NCBI GenBank assembly: GCA_050575255.1
Contig: JBNZDD010013678.1
Span: 487,255 to 551,254, forward strand
Source: Harriotta raleighana
Taxonomy: Eukaryota
DNA: 64,000 bases
Direction: 5' to 3'
The position numbers and the translations under genes are program-made. Under the pieces are notes generated by a model. That model was not told the origin of the DNA. It worked only from the letters and a program-made list of their open reading frames with translations, and made no database searches. Positions 52,304 through 63,303 of the stretch are shown here, piece by piece (within the stretch, counting starts at the first letter, position 1; each line of letters opens with the position of its first letter).

Positions 52304-53462
52304 AACTCAGTTGCTCATCCTTCTCAGTCTGTAGGGCTGTTATTCACAGGATACCAGTTATTAGCCCCAAAGAGTATTGCTTTTAATTTTAAAATTGTAA
52401 TTATAAAATAATTAATTAAAAATCTTAGCAATGTGGTTATATAACCATTATAATCCTCTGTTTTGCTTAATCGGAATGAGTCCATTACTGATCAGTTTTT
52501 AAAACTGTAGGGTTACAAGTCTCCTTGTACTACAATGTAATCATTATCAACCACACTCTTAATTAAATGTAACTATGATAGTTAGCACATTGCACAATTT
52601 TAATTGCTTTACAAATTGAACAAATTACACTTAAACAGCAAAAGTAGTGTTAAGCCGCAAATCCCTTTTGTCAATATTTTCCTATTGCTTACTGGAAACA
52701 TCAGTGATCTACCATTTTGCTGAATATTTTAATGACCCCGGTGAGATTGTATGAAGTGAAATATGAGAAGACAGATCGTAGTTTACTCAACTATTGATAT
52801 TTAATTTTTTTGAAGGCTTTATATAATATTCATAATAATCCTTGCATTCAACACAGCGTCTTGTCGAGTCATTGAGCTGACTGAAAGGACTTCAGGGAAT
52901 ATACTGCAAAGTGGAGTGACTGGTTTTTTTTTTTCTCGGGCGAGACGCGGCAGCCAATTGCGCACTGCAGTGTCCCACATACAGCCGTGGTTTCAAAATA
53001 TCTAAACCTCTTCAATTTTGCTCTTTCTATATTAAAGTGGTTAATTGTCCTTTCCCCCCCAAAAAAAACAGTAATATCGACCTTTAATAAACACGATAAA
53101 TTTGCTGAGATTCCTATGAATGGAACGTTTTTGATGACTGCAGTGACAAAAATCACTCACGATCACCAGTCAAAGATTAGTCAAAATCTAAATTTTTTGA
53201 AAAATAAATGATTTTTAAATTAGCTGCTGTTTCACTGGATCAACAACCATAATTCATGTTCATTTGATGTATTCATTTTCCTATTTGAATGCATCATCTG
53301 AAATTTAAAACAGATTCAGCGAAATCAAGGTGTTCCCACTATTAAAAAATAGTTAATTGGCATCAGTGATCTGATATGCTCCACATGTCATAGTCAGGCA
53401 CTCTCTCGCAAGACCATCAAGGACTTTGCAATGCAACAGAGCCAATCACGCTATCATTTCTA

Positions 53463-53596
53463 AACGCAAAATATTGCAGACGCTGAAAATCTGAAACAAA
53501 AACAGAAGTGGCTGGGAACACTCAGCAGGTCAGGCAGCATCTGTGGAGAGAGGAAAAGTGAGTCAACGTTTTGGGTCCACAATCCTCCGTCAGAAC
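53463..53596 (-). mobile_element. Penelope-like element terminal-repeat fragment with a degenerate hammerhead ribozyme motif
   Basis: AAACAGAAGTGGCTGGGAACACTCAGCAGGTCAGGCAGCATCTGTGGAGAGAG...GTCAACGTTTTGGGTC...CCTCCGTCAGAAC matches a common shark repeat as I recall it. The minus strand reads CTGACGG-AGGATTGTGGACCC-AAAACGTT versus the HHR core CUGANGA-stemII-GAAA. Confidence 0.6.
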
Positions 53597-53696
53597 ACAA
53601 ACAAAGAAAACAAAACATGTTTCCATTATCAGAAAGCGTCTGCGCTCAGTTTATTAAGAAATCCTGTTAGAAATTGATGCATATTAGTACTACTCT

Positions 53697-54090
53697 ATTA
53701 GAAACGGGGAGTAGGCTATTCAGCCCCTTGAGCCTGTTTCACTATTCTCTCAGATCATGGCTGATATGTACCTCAACTCCAGTTATCTCCCCTTATCTCT
53801 ATCCCTGAGCTAACAAAATTCNGTACTACTCTATTAGAAACGGGGAGTAGGCTATTCAGCCCCTTGAGCCTGTTTCACTATTCTCTCAGATCATGGCTGA
53901 TATGTACCTCAACTCCAGTTATCTCCCTGAGCTAACAAAATTANTCATGGCTGATATGTACCTCAACTCCAGTTATCTCCCCTTATCTCTATCCCTGAGC
54001 TAACAAAATTCTTTTCACCCTAGTCTTGAAAATTTGACTGGATCCAGTATCCACAGCCTTTCTCCCTGGGGAGAAAGTTCCAGATTTCCA
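53697..54090 (-). mobile_element. CR1 LINE 3' end (repeated across N53822 and N53944)
   Basis: GGAGTAGGCTATTCAGCCCCTTGAGCCTG...AGATCATGGCTGAT...CCACAGCCTTT...GTTCCAGATTTC. Confidence 0.85.
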
Positions 54091-54091
54091 G

Positions 54092-54329
54092 ATATACTAT
54101 AAAGTGAATTGACTGTATATTTGTGAGCAAAACGCGACAGCCAAGTGAGCGCAGCAGCATCCTCACAAATAGTTGTGGATTGAGTGACTAAATATTTTTT
54201 TTTTTTCAAGGGATTATCATCAGACGTGTGGAGTAAGGAAATGTGCCCAAGGTTTTGTCCTGCCTGGAATCGAACCCAGGTCTCTCGCTTGCAAGACGAA
54301 TGCTCTAACCACTGAGCTACAGGGCTCCA
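54092..54329 (-). mobile_element. tRNA-derived SINE, intermediate variant, tail truncated by CR1
   Basis: The head reads CTTGCAAGCGAGAGACCTGGGTTCGATTCCAGGCAGG (long-type, TGC loop) but the central segment is absent. Confidence 0.88.
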
Positions 54330-55112
54330 TGTAAATTGAGTGAATACTGTTGTGATTCTATACACTTGTAGTTTTTCAAAGAGTATACAGTAATCTCTGT
54401 TGTTACATAAATAATCAATCCTTGAGCACTGCAATGCTTGTACAGTAAAACCCTAAATCGCTGTTATTAAGTCCAATATACTTATCAGCGATGAAATTTG
54501 TGGTGAAATTCTTCCCACCTGTTTGTTTCTCTAACAAAACTTTGCTTCCTCGTTCTGACGGTCCAAAAATGTATTTCTTCATCCCCCTCAGTCAAAGCAT
54601 GACACTTGCTGCCACTAGTCATTCAGTCATCATGATGCCTGTCGTTATTCTATAATACATTGGTCACCACATTTCAATAGATAAGCTCTTGCACTTTTTA
54701 AAATATGTATATATATATATATATATCTATATAGGAATGAGCATGTTTTAGAGACCAACAAAAAATGGTTGGCCTTTAAAAGCGAGCAAGAATAGCACTT
54801 CATTTTCATTGTAAAGAATGTAATTTGTCAGTAATGGCCCATCGGTGCTTTGTGTAGGTTTGAATTCCTGTAAAGGGGGGAAAATTGTCCGCCAGCAGAG
54901 TTTTTAAAAAAAAAACAATTTATCATTTTATCTGGAAGTGTTTTCTTTTGAAACGCAGTGAAAGGAGAAAGGAGGTGATGAGGTGAAGAAGCTTTCCTCT
55001 TTACCGGCTGTGCTTCAACAAGTAGCTTTAAGTACCTTTGCCTCCTCACAGGAGAATGATGTTGAACAAAGTGATGCATGATTTCCTATATGTTTAGTTG
55101 CATCTGTTGCAA

Positions 55113-55320
55113 CTGGGTAGGCCTCAGCTGGAGTATTGTGTTCAGATTCTGGACTCCACACTTTAGGAAAGATGTCAAGACATTGGAGAGGGTGCAAAGG
55201 AGATTTAGCAGAATAGTACCAGAAATGAGGGACTTCAGTTATCAGGATAGGCTGGAGAAGCTAGGATTATTCTCCTTGGAGCAAAGAAGGTTAAGAGGAG
55301 ACTTAATAGAAATTATAAAG
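55113..55320 (+). mobile_element. CR1 ORF2 (post-RT region) fragment
   Basis: RPQLEYCVQ / (frameshift) FWTPHFRKDVKTLERVQRRFSRIVPEMRDFSYQDRLEKLGLFSLEQRRLRGDLIE, a canonical CR1 ORF2 sequence. Confidence 0.95.
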
Positions 55321-56189
55321 CACTTTAACACATCTTCAAAACGCTTCAAAGCACTTCATGGAATATACTGTCAAGTGAGTTGACTGTATGTTTTGTGGGC
55401 GAAACACAGCCGCCAATTGCGCAGAGCAGTGTCCCACAAACGGTCGTAGATTGAGTGACAAAATTATTCATTTTTAAAGATTTATTATGCTTCTCTTGCA
55501 TGAATTTTACTGATAAGTCTCAATGCGAAAAATGTGAATTATTATTTTTTACACTTCCGTAACCACAGGAATGTGGAAATGAATATTACATCGCAGGGAA
55601 ACATGATAATAATAATCCTTGCATTTGATGTAGCGCTTTTCACATGTCCAAGATGGCTCAAAGCACTTCACAGAATATACTGTAAATCTTACTCCTTACT
55701 TCACAGCTAAAGCAATCTGCCTTAAAAAACCTGTCCGCCAACAAAATACACAGTCACTATACATTACATTAAATGCAGTGATGTGCTCTGAGACATCCTT
55801 CTGATATGAAATGTACTAGATCAAATGAAAGGATTATTATCATTAAATTCATTCAAGTTTTAAAGGAAATATTTAACCGGTGTTCAAAAAATAATACTTG
55901 ACGGACAGGTAACTATGTGATGTGATTTTCCTTTTCACTCAGGATTTTGAATAGATTTATAGATGACTCCCTATCTTAGCGTGAATGCAGAATGAGTATT
56001 CACATTTACTACCCGTGGAATGAAACACAATCTAATACAGTTACAAACCTCTACTAATATGATGAGCCGCCACAAAATGAATCACATTTATTTTCAATAA
56101 ACGTCTCAAGCAGTTTAGCTAAGAAATCTGAATCTTGAACCCCGTCTCGATCACTGCAGGATAAGACTGCCAGCAAAACACTGTCCAAA

Positions 56190-56420
56190 ATGGCATCTCT
56201 AGCTAAAAGAACAAAGAAAAAATAGGTTTGCTGAGCATGTCAAATTGATTATGGAGGAAGTTCTGAGGAGTCAGATAGAACCCTAGGAGCCAACACAAGT
56301 TCACCCAAGTCACTGATGACAGAACAGCCTGGGACGAAGTGACAGAATGGTGGGAGATGACCTTCATAAAAGGATGTCACCTTAACAAAACACAGTGACG
56401 TAGAGAAGATTGCCATCTGC
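56190..56420 (+). pseudogene. Possible decayed Myb/SANT-like ORF of a PIF/Harbinger transposon
   Basis: With frameshifts it reads MASLAKRTK(K)NRFAEHVKLIMEEVLR...TAWDEVTEW...EKIA, resembling the NAIF1/Harbinger Myb-like pattern (KRKxNFSxxEVxxxVEE...AWxxI). In-frame stops are present. Confidence 0.35.
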
Positions 56421-56966
56421 AATCACATCCAACCACCAGGCTCATCGAGACACCAGACCAGGACCTTTGGGATGTACAGAGGCTGATGCTGTATATTAGC
56501 TGGAACAACGTAAGTGGCAATTAAGTGTGGGGTGAGTACGGAAGGATTCTGGGAAGAGCGACTTGAGGGATTTCGAGAGAGAGAGTATGAAGGAGTGTGA
56601 ATTGTAAAGATTGGCATAAATCAACATTGCGTTTTGTGGATTAAATAACATTACAGTATCTGAGATAAGACAACAACAACTTAAATTCATGCAGCACCCT
56701 TCGCGTCCCAGAGATTCGAGTCTATGGAGGGAATTAGTGGTCTATGTCTAATTTTGATTCCTCGGACAAGCAAATGCTCCCAATCTTTAATGAAACACAG
56801 ATGATCAGTTCACCACAACTGTGTTTGACGGGCAAATTCATTGTAGAAAATTCTCAATTCATTCATTTAGTGTTCTACAGGTTACTTCGGACTAGTAAGC
56901 AATGGAATGGAAGTCATTTCCATTAATAAATCCTGAGTGCGGAGGACTAATTACCATTGTCGTAAA

Positions 56967-57282
56967 AATAATAATTCTTGCATTTGATATAGCGCTTTTC
57001 ACGTCTTCTAAACATCTCAAAGCGCTTCACGGAATATTCTGTAAAGTGGACTGACTGTATATTTGTGGGGGAAATGCGGCAGCCAATGGCTCACAGCAAT
57101 GTCCCCACAAACAGACCTGGATTGAAATGACAAATTCATTATTGTTTTTACAGAGGGATTATTATTAGGCGTGTGGAGTAAGGAAACTTGCCCAAACTTT
57201 CGCCCTGAACCTGCCTGGATTTGAAACACAGGTCTCACGCTTGTAAGGCAAGTGCTCTAACCACTGAGGCACAGGACTCCAC
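56967..57282 (-). mobile_element. tRNA-derived SINE, short variant, full length
   Basis: Reverse complement of head, body and tail. Confidence 0.94.
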
Positions 57283-57634
57283 ATTATCATGTCATGGTCC
57301 CCAGCACAAGATGAGAACTTGGCAATGTGTGGGATGGGTGTGGAGAGGTTGGTGTGGTGGGAGGCTGCAAGTGTCCAACTGAGATTTGATTCACCTATTC
57401 ACATCCAAAGATAGTGCAGGTAAAGTGGCACATTAAACCCAAGGAGTCACAACCTGTGTTTGTGAAGGATTTGTAAATATTCAATCCTAACCTGTGACCA
57501 GACGTGTGTCACGTCAACACTCTGCACCATTGCAACTGGAGGTGGAACTTGTTTGAGCAGCGTTGTCTACCTAGAGACTGCACGAACCGTAGCTGAGGAA
57601 GAGTCTCCAACAACTTTAAGAATTAGAATCAAAA

Positions 57635-57956
57635 CTCCTCCAGCTCAGGGGCGTAGAGCATCCGTCTTACAAGCATGAGACTTGTGTTTGAATCCAGGCA
57701 GGTCCAGGTGAAACCTTGGGCAAGTTTTCTTACTCCACAAACACGCTTAATAATAATCCCTCAAAAAATACCACAATAATAAAAATTGGCCATTTTCAAT
57801 CCACAACTGTTTGTGGTGACGCTGCTGTGCGCAATTGGCTGCTGTGTTTCGCCCACAAATATACAATAAATTAACTTTACAGAAAATTAATGAAGCATTT
57901 TGAGACATCGATAAGATGTGAAAAGCTCTATATGAAATGCAAGGATTATTATTATT
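57635..57956 (+). mobile_element. tRNA-derived SINE, short variant, tail-to-tail with the next element
   Basis: Degenerate A-box; body and tail clear. Confidence 0.92.
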
Positions 57957-58192
57957 AATAATCCTTGTATTTGATGCAGCCCCTTATTACGTTGTTGAGA
58001 CGTCTCAAAGCGCGTCGCAGAACGTATTGTAAAATGGATCGACCGTGTATGTTATGGGCAAAACGTGGCAGCCAATTGCACACAGTGGTGTCCCACAAAG
58101 AGTCATGGATTGTGTTATCAAATTCTTCTTATTTATCTTTTTTACAAGGGATTATTTCCGTCGGAAAGCAGTTCGCCAATTGACTAACAACC
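57957..58192 (-). mobile_element. tRNA-derived SINE, long variant, 3' portion
   Basis: Tail and body plus GTTCGCCAATTGACTAACAACC. Confidence 0.82.
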
Positions 58193-58395
58193 TTGAGCCT
58201 GTTCTTCCATTTTGTAAGATCATGGTTGATGTGTTCCTTAGCTCTAAATACCTTCTGACGGCCCATATCCCTTGAAACCCTCACCTAACAGAAATCTGTC
58301 CATCTCAAGTCTTGAATATTTGAATGGACTCAGCCTCCTCCACAGCCTTTTGGGAGAGGGAGTTTCAGATTTCTACTTACCCTTTGGGTGAAAAG
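58193..58395 (-). mobile_element. CR1 LINE 3' fragment
   Basis: TTGAGCCTGTT...AGATCATGGTTGAT...CCCATATCCCTTGA...GTCTTGAATAT...CCACAGCCTTTTGGGAGAGGGAGTTTCAG. Confidence 0.85.
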
Positions 58396-60467
58396 ATGGG
58401 ATGAGCAAATGTCACTAGTTGTTACTCTTATGAAGAATATCACATTTTAGACCTTGTTGGACAGTAGAGCTTTGGTTAAGATTTGGCAGAGTTATGCCTT
58501 TCAGAATTCTAAATTTGTTTGAATTCCCTGATTTTGCCTCTACCATATCTTCCAGTATTCTCCTTCCTCTGTTCTTCCTCTTCTGTTTCAATGGGAGCTG
58601 TAACCACAACACATCTTTTAAGAGACAATCCTGTTACTCAACGTGGCTGCAAAATATTGTACACACATGTGGGTAGTGCTCAACTCTTATTTTAGGTTTG
58701 GACACATAGCGCATGTGATTCCTAATTGATGCCTGCTTGTTCAGATGTGTTTTTACTCCTCAGTCATTCTTGCTCAATGCTGGAGATGAATTAACTTATA
58801 AGGTACCAAGTTTGTGGTAATGATCTAAATAATGGAATGAAGAGGTTAGCTCTACCTCACCTTAAACCAACCTCAATCACTTGTTTGTTGCTCTGCGAAT
58901 GATGATCAAAATGTGCATTGCGTTGTTCTTCTTTCGATGAGCCTCTGGGAAACAACTGCTATAGTCTATAGTCTATAGTCTACAGACGCAAAGACAATGT
59001 AATTACTGGCATTGGGCGGGCACACTGTAAAAGATATACATCAGATATTAAAATATGTTAAACATGGGTGGTATTCTGTTTACCAAAGCTCATACTTTGA
59101 TTAAATTTCACTGTGCACTCCACCTGTGCCAGGAATTAATCCTCAGAGTATATGTTGCAATACACATAACAACCACACTTAAACATATACTGTACTTATT
59201 TGGGGGGAATAAATAGTCTTCTGCGGCCAAACACATCACAAACAAGATGCCCGGGAAGAGTTTTGTGTTGTGACCGACCTGTAAGATTTCCTCAAACAAT
59301 TAGACCAAAAAAAATGAGCAAAATCGCGTTCGCAAAGAAGGAATTATTTTGGTCTAATTGGAAAATCTAAAATAATTGGTGGTAATAGTCATCAGATTGA
59401 AATAACCAGCTATTTTATCAGCGATTGCTTCAAACAAAGTATCCCTTGGCTTATCCACAAAACTATCCTCTGGTAATATTCTCTTCAAACACCAGGACAG
59501 CATTTTAAACAATATAGATATTTGCTTTATCTGAATGTAGTCTGCCTCAGCAATGTAATAATGTTAATGTCGCAGTTCTCCTTCAATTGAAAATTTAATA
59601 TAAAGAGACCTGTGCATTCTTTAGTCCAAAAAGCTGGTCTTTTATCTCAAAATGTCTTTTGCTTACATGTAATTCAAAGAATCTTTACCCTATCCATGGT
59701 TGATTGTAAAATATATAAAGGCACCGCTATCTTATTATAGGATCTCAAAGCAATATCTTCTGTGTACCTTTGTTCTTACTCGGTTTCAGTATTCAAGAGG
59801 CAAATTTTCACACATTTTAACTGTATGGTGTCATGCAGAGACAGGAGATTACATGGCAAACTGGAGTACATCTTTCTGTAGAGAAAGAAAATATTTGCAC
59901 GCCTTATCGTTTTTGATGAGAGCCTAATGAGATGTTTCCAATGTCTAAAGTGCATCTTCTTAAATATGCCCCTTGTGACTTTTGAGCAGAATATTCAATG
60001 GTGAATGCCCAAATCATTTTAAACAAACTTCTGCAAGTAAAAAAAATACTTTTAGTTGGGTTGTTCCGATGGGCGAGAGACAGAAAGCAGAAAGCAGCAT
60101 TCCAATTTGCTCGCTGTGTTTTGGGCGCAAAATTTGNAAAAAATACTTTTAGTTGGGTTGTTCCGATGGGCGAGAGACAGAAAGCAGCATTCCAATTTGC
60201 TCGCTGTGTTTTGGGCGCAAAATTTGCAGTCTGTTCACTTTACAGTGTATTCTGCAAAGCTCTTGGAGACGCCAACAACAACAACAAAATTGCATTTATA
60301 GAGCGTCTTTCACGACGGGAGGACGTCCTGAGGCGCTGAAATGTCTCTTGCTGACATAATTCAAAGAATTCAGAGACTTCTCAACAATGTGATCAAGCGC
60401 CATATCTAATGTAAGGTTTATTATTATTATTAATAATAATTATTATTATTACTTACAATAAAAATAA

Positions 60468-60509
60468 GTGGGCCATGTTTAGACTTAAAGAAAGTATGAT
60501 GATCCCTTG
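60468..60509 (+). repeat. 42-bp perfect direct repeat, copy 1 (copy 2 at 61498-61539)
   Basis: GTGGGCCATGTTTAGACTTAAAGAAAGTATGATGATCCCTTG is identical at both positions. Confidence 0.95.
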
Positions 60510-60775
60510 TTCAGATTGCTAGCCAGTGACTCCTATTGGGATGTTGGTGTGTGCGTGCGTGTGTTTGGGACGTCCTCCTGACATGAAAGACGCAACACAG
60601 TACAACTGTAATTTTGTCGTTGTTGTTGTGGGATAAGGATAGAATCAAGTCCGAATGTGATGTCCCTCATAGTTGAATGGTCTGCCAAGACTCGCTATCT
60701 AAACTCACACCTCAACAGTGATAAAGTGGTTAATGGTTAATAACCACAAGTGATGCCTGTGGAACTATATCCTCA
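60500..60775 (+). mobile_element. Ancient SINE relic (possibly AmnSINE2-like), interrupted by an L2 tail at ~60565-60628
   Basis: GATTGCTAGCCAGTGACTCC...GTGTGTG / GGATAGAATCAAG...TGTGATGTCCCTCATAGTTGAATGGTCTGCCAAGACTCGCTATCTAAACTCACAC is colinear with a remembered old vertebrate SINE body (GCTGTGATGCCC...GTTGAATAGCCTGCCGACACTCACTGTCTAGGCTCACAC). The family name is uncertain. Confidence 0.4.
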
Positions 60776-60779
60776 CACA

Positions 60780-60995
60780 ATCACTTTGCCCCATTCTCCT
60801 CCTCGCCTCCTTCAAGGCCCATTTCAAGACCCTATTCTTCAACTGCTCCTTCGGTCACCCTCCTATCCCTTCCCTCCCTATCCTCCCTCCCTCCTGATCC
60901 CAACCCCCTGCTCGGGTCCAAATCCCTGACTGTCCAGTGCCTCGGGACTTCCTCCCCATGTGAAAGATGCCGGGTAATTTGCTGTTGTTGTTAGA
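60780..60995 (+). mobile_element. L2 LINE 3' fragment
   Basis: LASFKAHFKTLFFNCSFG-like ORF2 end, C-rich UTR, stem-loop tail and (TTG)n. Confidence 0.82.
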
Positions 60996-61497
60996 ATCTC
61001 AGCATGAATCAGCTCCTTCCGAAGAGGAGGGAAATTTATTTTGTAAAGTGTTTGGAAAATCCTCGCTTACCTTACAAAGCAGATAGTTTTCCAACAGTTT
61101 AGTCTTCTTGACCTCCGCAGTTTCAAAAGTCGTTGCTTGAATAGAAAACATTGAGTTGGAATTCCAAATATGCAACTGTGAAAAGATACAAAACCCCTAC
61201 TGACAGCAATATCTCTCAAGGAGTCGCCAAACAGAAGATTATGTAATTACTCCTATCAAACTGATTTCAATTTGATAGGAGCAATTATATTCCATCAGAG
61301 TTTAATTTTACAAAAAAATTATGATAATAATAGTAATTAAAACAATAAAAAAAGACGATAATGACATATAAAGTTCCACTTATTGTAGAAAAAACTTTAA
61401 GATGGGAATTCGTCATTTCTGCCCCGCTTGCCTACAAATGTACAAACAGTGAAACATTTCTACGTTTATTTTGTTTTATTTTAAAAACATAAAATAT

Positions 61498-61539
61498 GTG
61501 GGCCATGTTTAGACTTAAAGAAAGTATGATGATCCCTTG
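61498..61539 (+). repeat. 42-bp perfect direct repeat, copy 2
   Basis: See copy 1. Confidence 0.95.
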
Positions 61540-61735
61540 GTGAATCGTTTTTCTTTCCCACTATAAGCACCCACCGCCTCACGCCTTCTATGTATATTTT
61601 AAAAATTTCCCTACGTTTCTTTTCACCAGATTTCTGTGCTTCCAACTCAACCTCTACCTGTCTACAGCAAAAACCCCCTTCTTAACTCTGATTCAACTGA
61701 GACTGCACTGTTGCAGCTGGACAGGAAGGAATTGC

Positions 61736-61995
61736 NNNNNNNNNNNNNNNNNNNNNNNNNNNNNNNNNNNNNNNNNNNNNNNNNNNNNNNNNNNNNNNNN
61801 NNNNNNNNNNNNNNNNNNNNNNNNNNNNNNNNNNNNNNNNNNNNNNNNNNNNNNNNNNNNNNNNNNNNNNNNNNNNNNNNNNNNNNNNNNNNNNNNNNNN
61901 NNNNNNNNNNNNNNNNNNNNNNNNNNNNNNNNNNNNNNNNNNNNNNNNNNNNNNNNNNNNNNNNNNNNNNNNNNNNNNNNNNNNNNNNNNNNNNN
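61736..61995. other. Scaffold gap (260 N)
   Basis: Seen directly. Confidence 1.
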
Positions 61996-63303
61996 CAGGA
62001 GGGAGAGAAGGATAGGTTACCGTTCTGAAGCATCCTTCATGTCCCTTGTTCTCTTGCTGCCAATTTGTGGGCAATATTGGTGTATGGGTTTTCAAGCATT
62101 ATGTATCACCATGTAGTAACAAATTCCTCATGGAATATTTAACTTGTGAAACTGACAATAGCACAAGACTTTACTGCTGCCATAAGCTTTGGCAGTTATT
62201 GGTTGTTAGTTGGAGCACGTTCTTGGAACAAGCGATAGCACTGTATCTACTTTATGCAACATCCTCACTATATTGTATATTGTAGAGGCAGGAAATAAAA
62301 CATCCTCTCTATACTGTAGACTAGAGGATTATTTTTTTTCTAGAGAATAAACCCTCTAATTGTGGACCACTCATTTGTGTAACAATTTATTCTTATTTAG
62401 CCTTTGTGTTTTCAATCGGTGAGAATGATTATAAATAGCCCTGAATTTTCTCCCCACAACAAAGTCTTAAAAAATATACAGTGCTTACGGAGAGTGGTGC
62501 AGCTAAGATTCTTAGTGGCCGAGCGCTGCCTGCAAGGCTTTTTTGTTAGAAGCGGATGGCATTGAACTTGCAGGCCAGTCTGAGTGGAGAGAAGATGAAA
62601 GACAATGAAAGTAAGCTACTTACCACAGAGTGCATGAATATCAGCCGAGACATGAACGTCCTTGAAGCTGTCCACTGCGATAACTGAGGAGCTAGCTGGA
62701 GTCTTCTTCATGTGTTGAAGTGAACGCTGAAACTTATCACAGTCATAAGTGGGAAACTATTGGTGCCTGCAGGGGTGATTAAGTCATCGGGTCAAAAGGC
62801 AGCTGGGATGAAAGGTGATGTCTGCGGCTGACTATCAACTCTAAAAAAATCGTTCAAACTAGAAGTATGGCGGTGTTATTATTTTCTTGCATATTATGCA
62901 TTTGTGAAACTTGACACACTACGCGACTTAAAAGGACTCTCGCCGAGTCTTTAATCACAGGCTTACAGAAAGGGATGGCACCTGGAATGATCCACTAAAG
63001 AGTTTGATGAATATTTCAATCTAACTGATTGAGATCTTCATTTACTTCCGTCCACAGAAACTAATACGGGGAGGGGTTGGAGGCAAGTGTTTGTTGCAGG
63101 GGGGAGAAGAAAAAAATCTTGAAATAAAACAGAAAATTTAATTGACACATACACCAATTCCAAATTTCGTTCAGCCAAATAGTACATGGGTGGCAATGTT
63201 GATCTCCTTGCCCCTGACATCTGCCAACATACCGTGCGTGTTTTGGTATCAATAGAATCCGAGAATCCTACAGCACCTACAGAAGGAGGCCATTTGGCAC
63301 TTC

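Noticed and set aside
60490-60585. C/D-box snoRNA (ATGATGA inside the 42-bp repeat)
   Set aside because: The only downstream CTGA lies within an L2 tail; there is no terminal stem, and the two copies diverge right after the box.
61690-61725. STETALL motif typical of L2 reverse transcriptase next to the gap
   Set aside because: Only 7 residues match and the preceding QSGFR context is absent. An L2 may lie in the gap, but that cannot be supported.
62623-62770. Possible minus-strand exon (donor GTAAGT; open frame RSLQHMKKTPASSSVIAVDSFKDVHV)
   Set aside because: No recognisable protein and no partner exons; the better acceptor gives stops in all frames.
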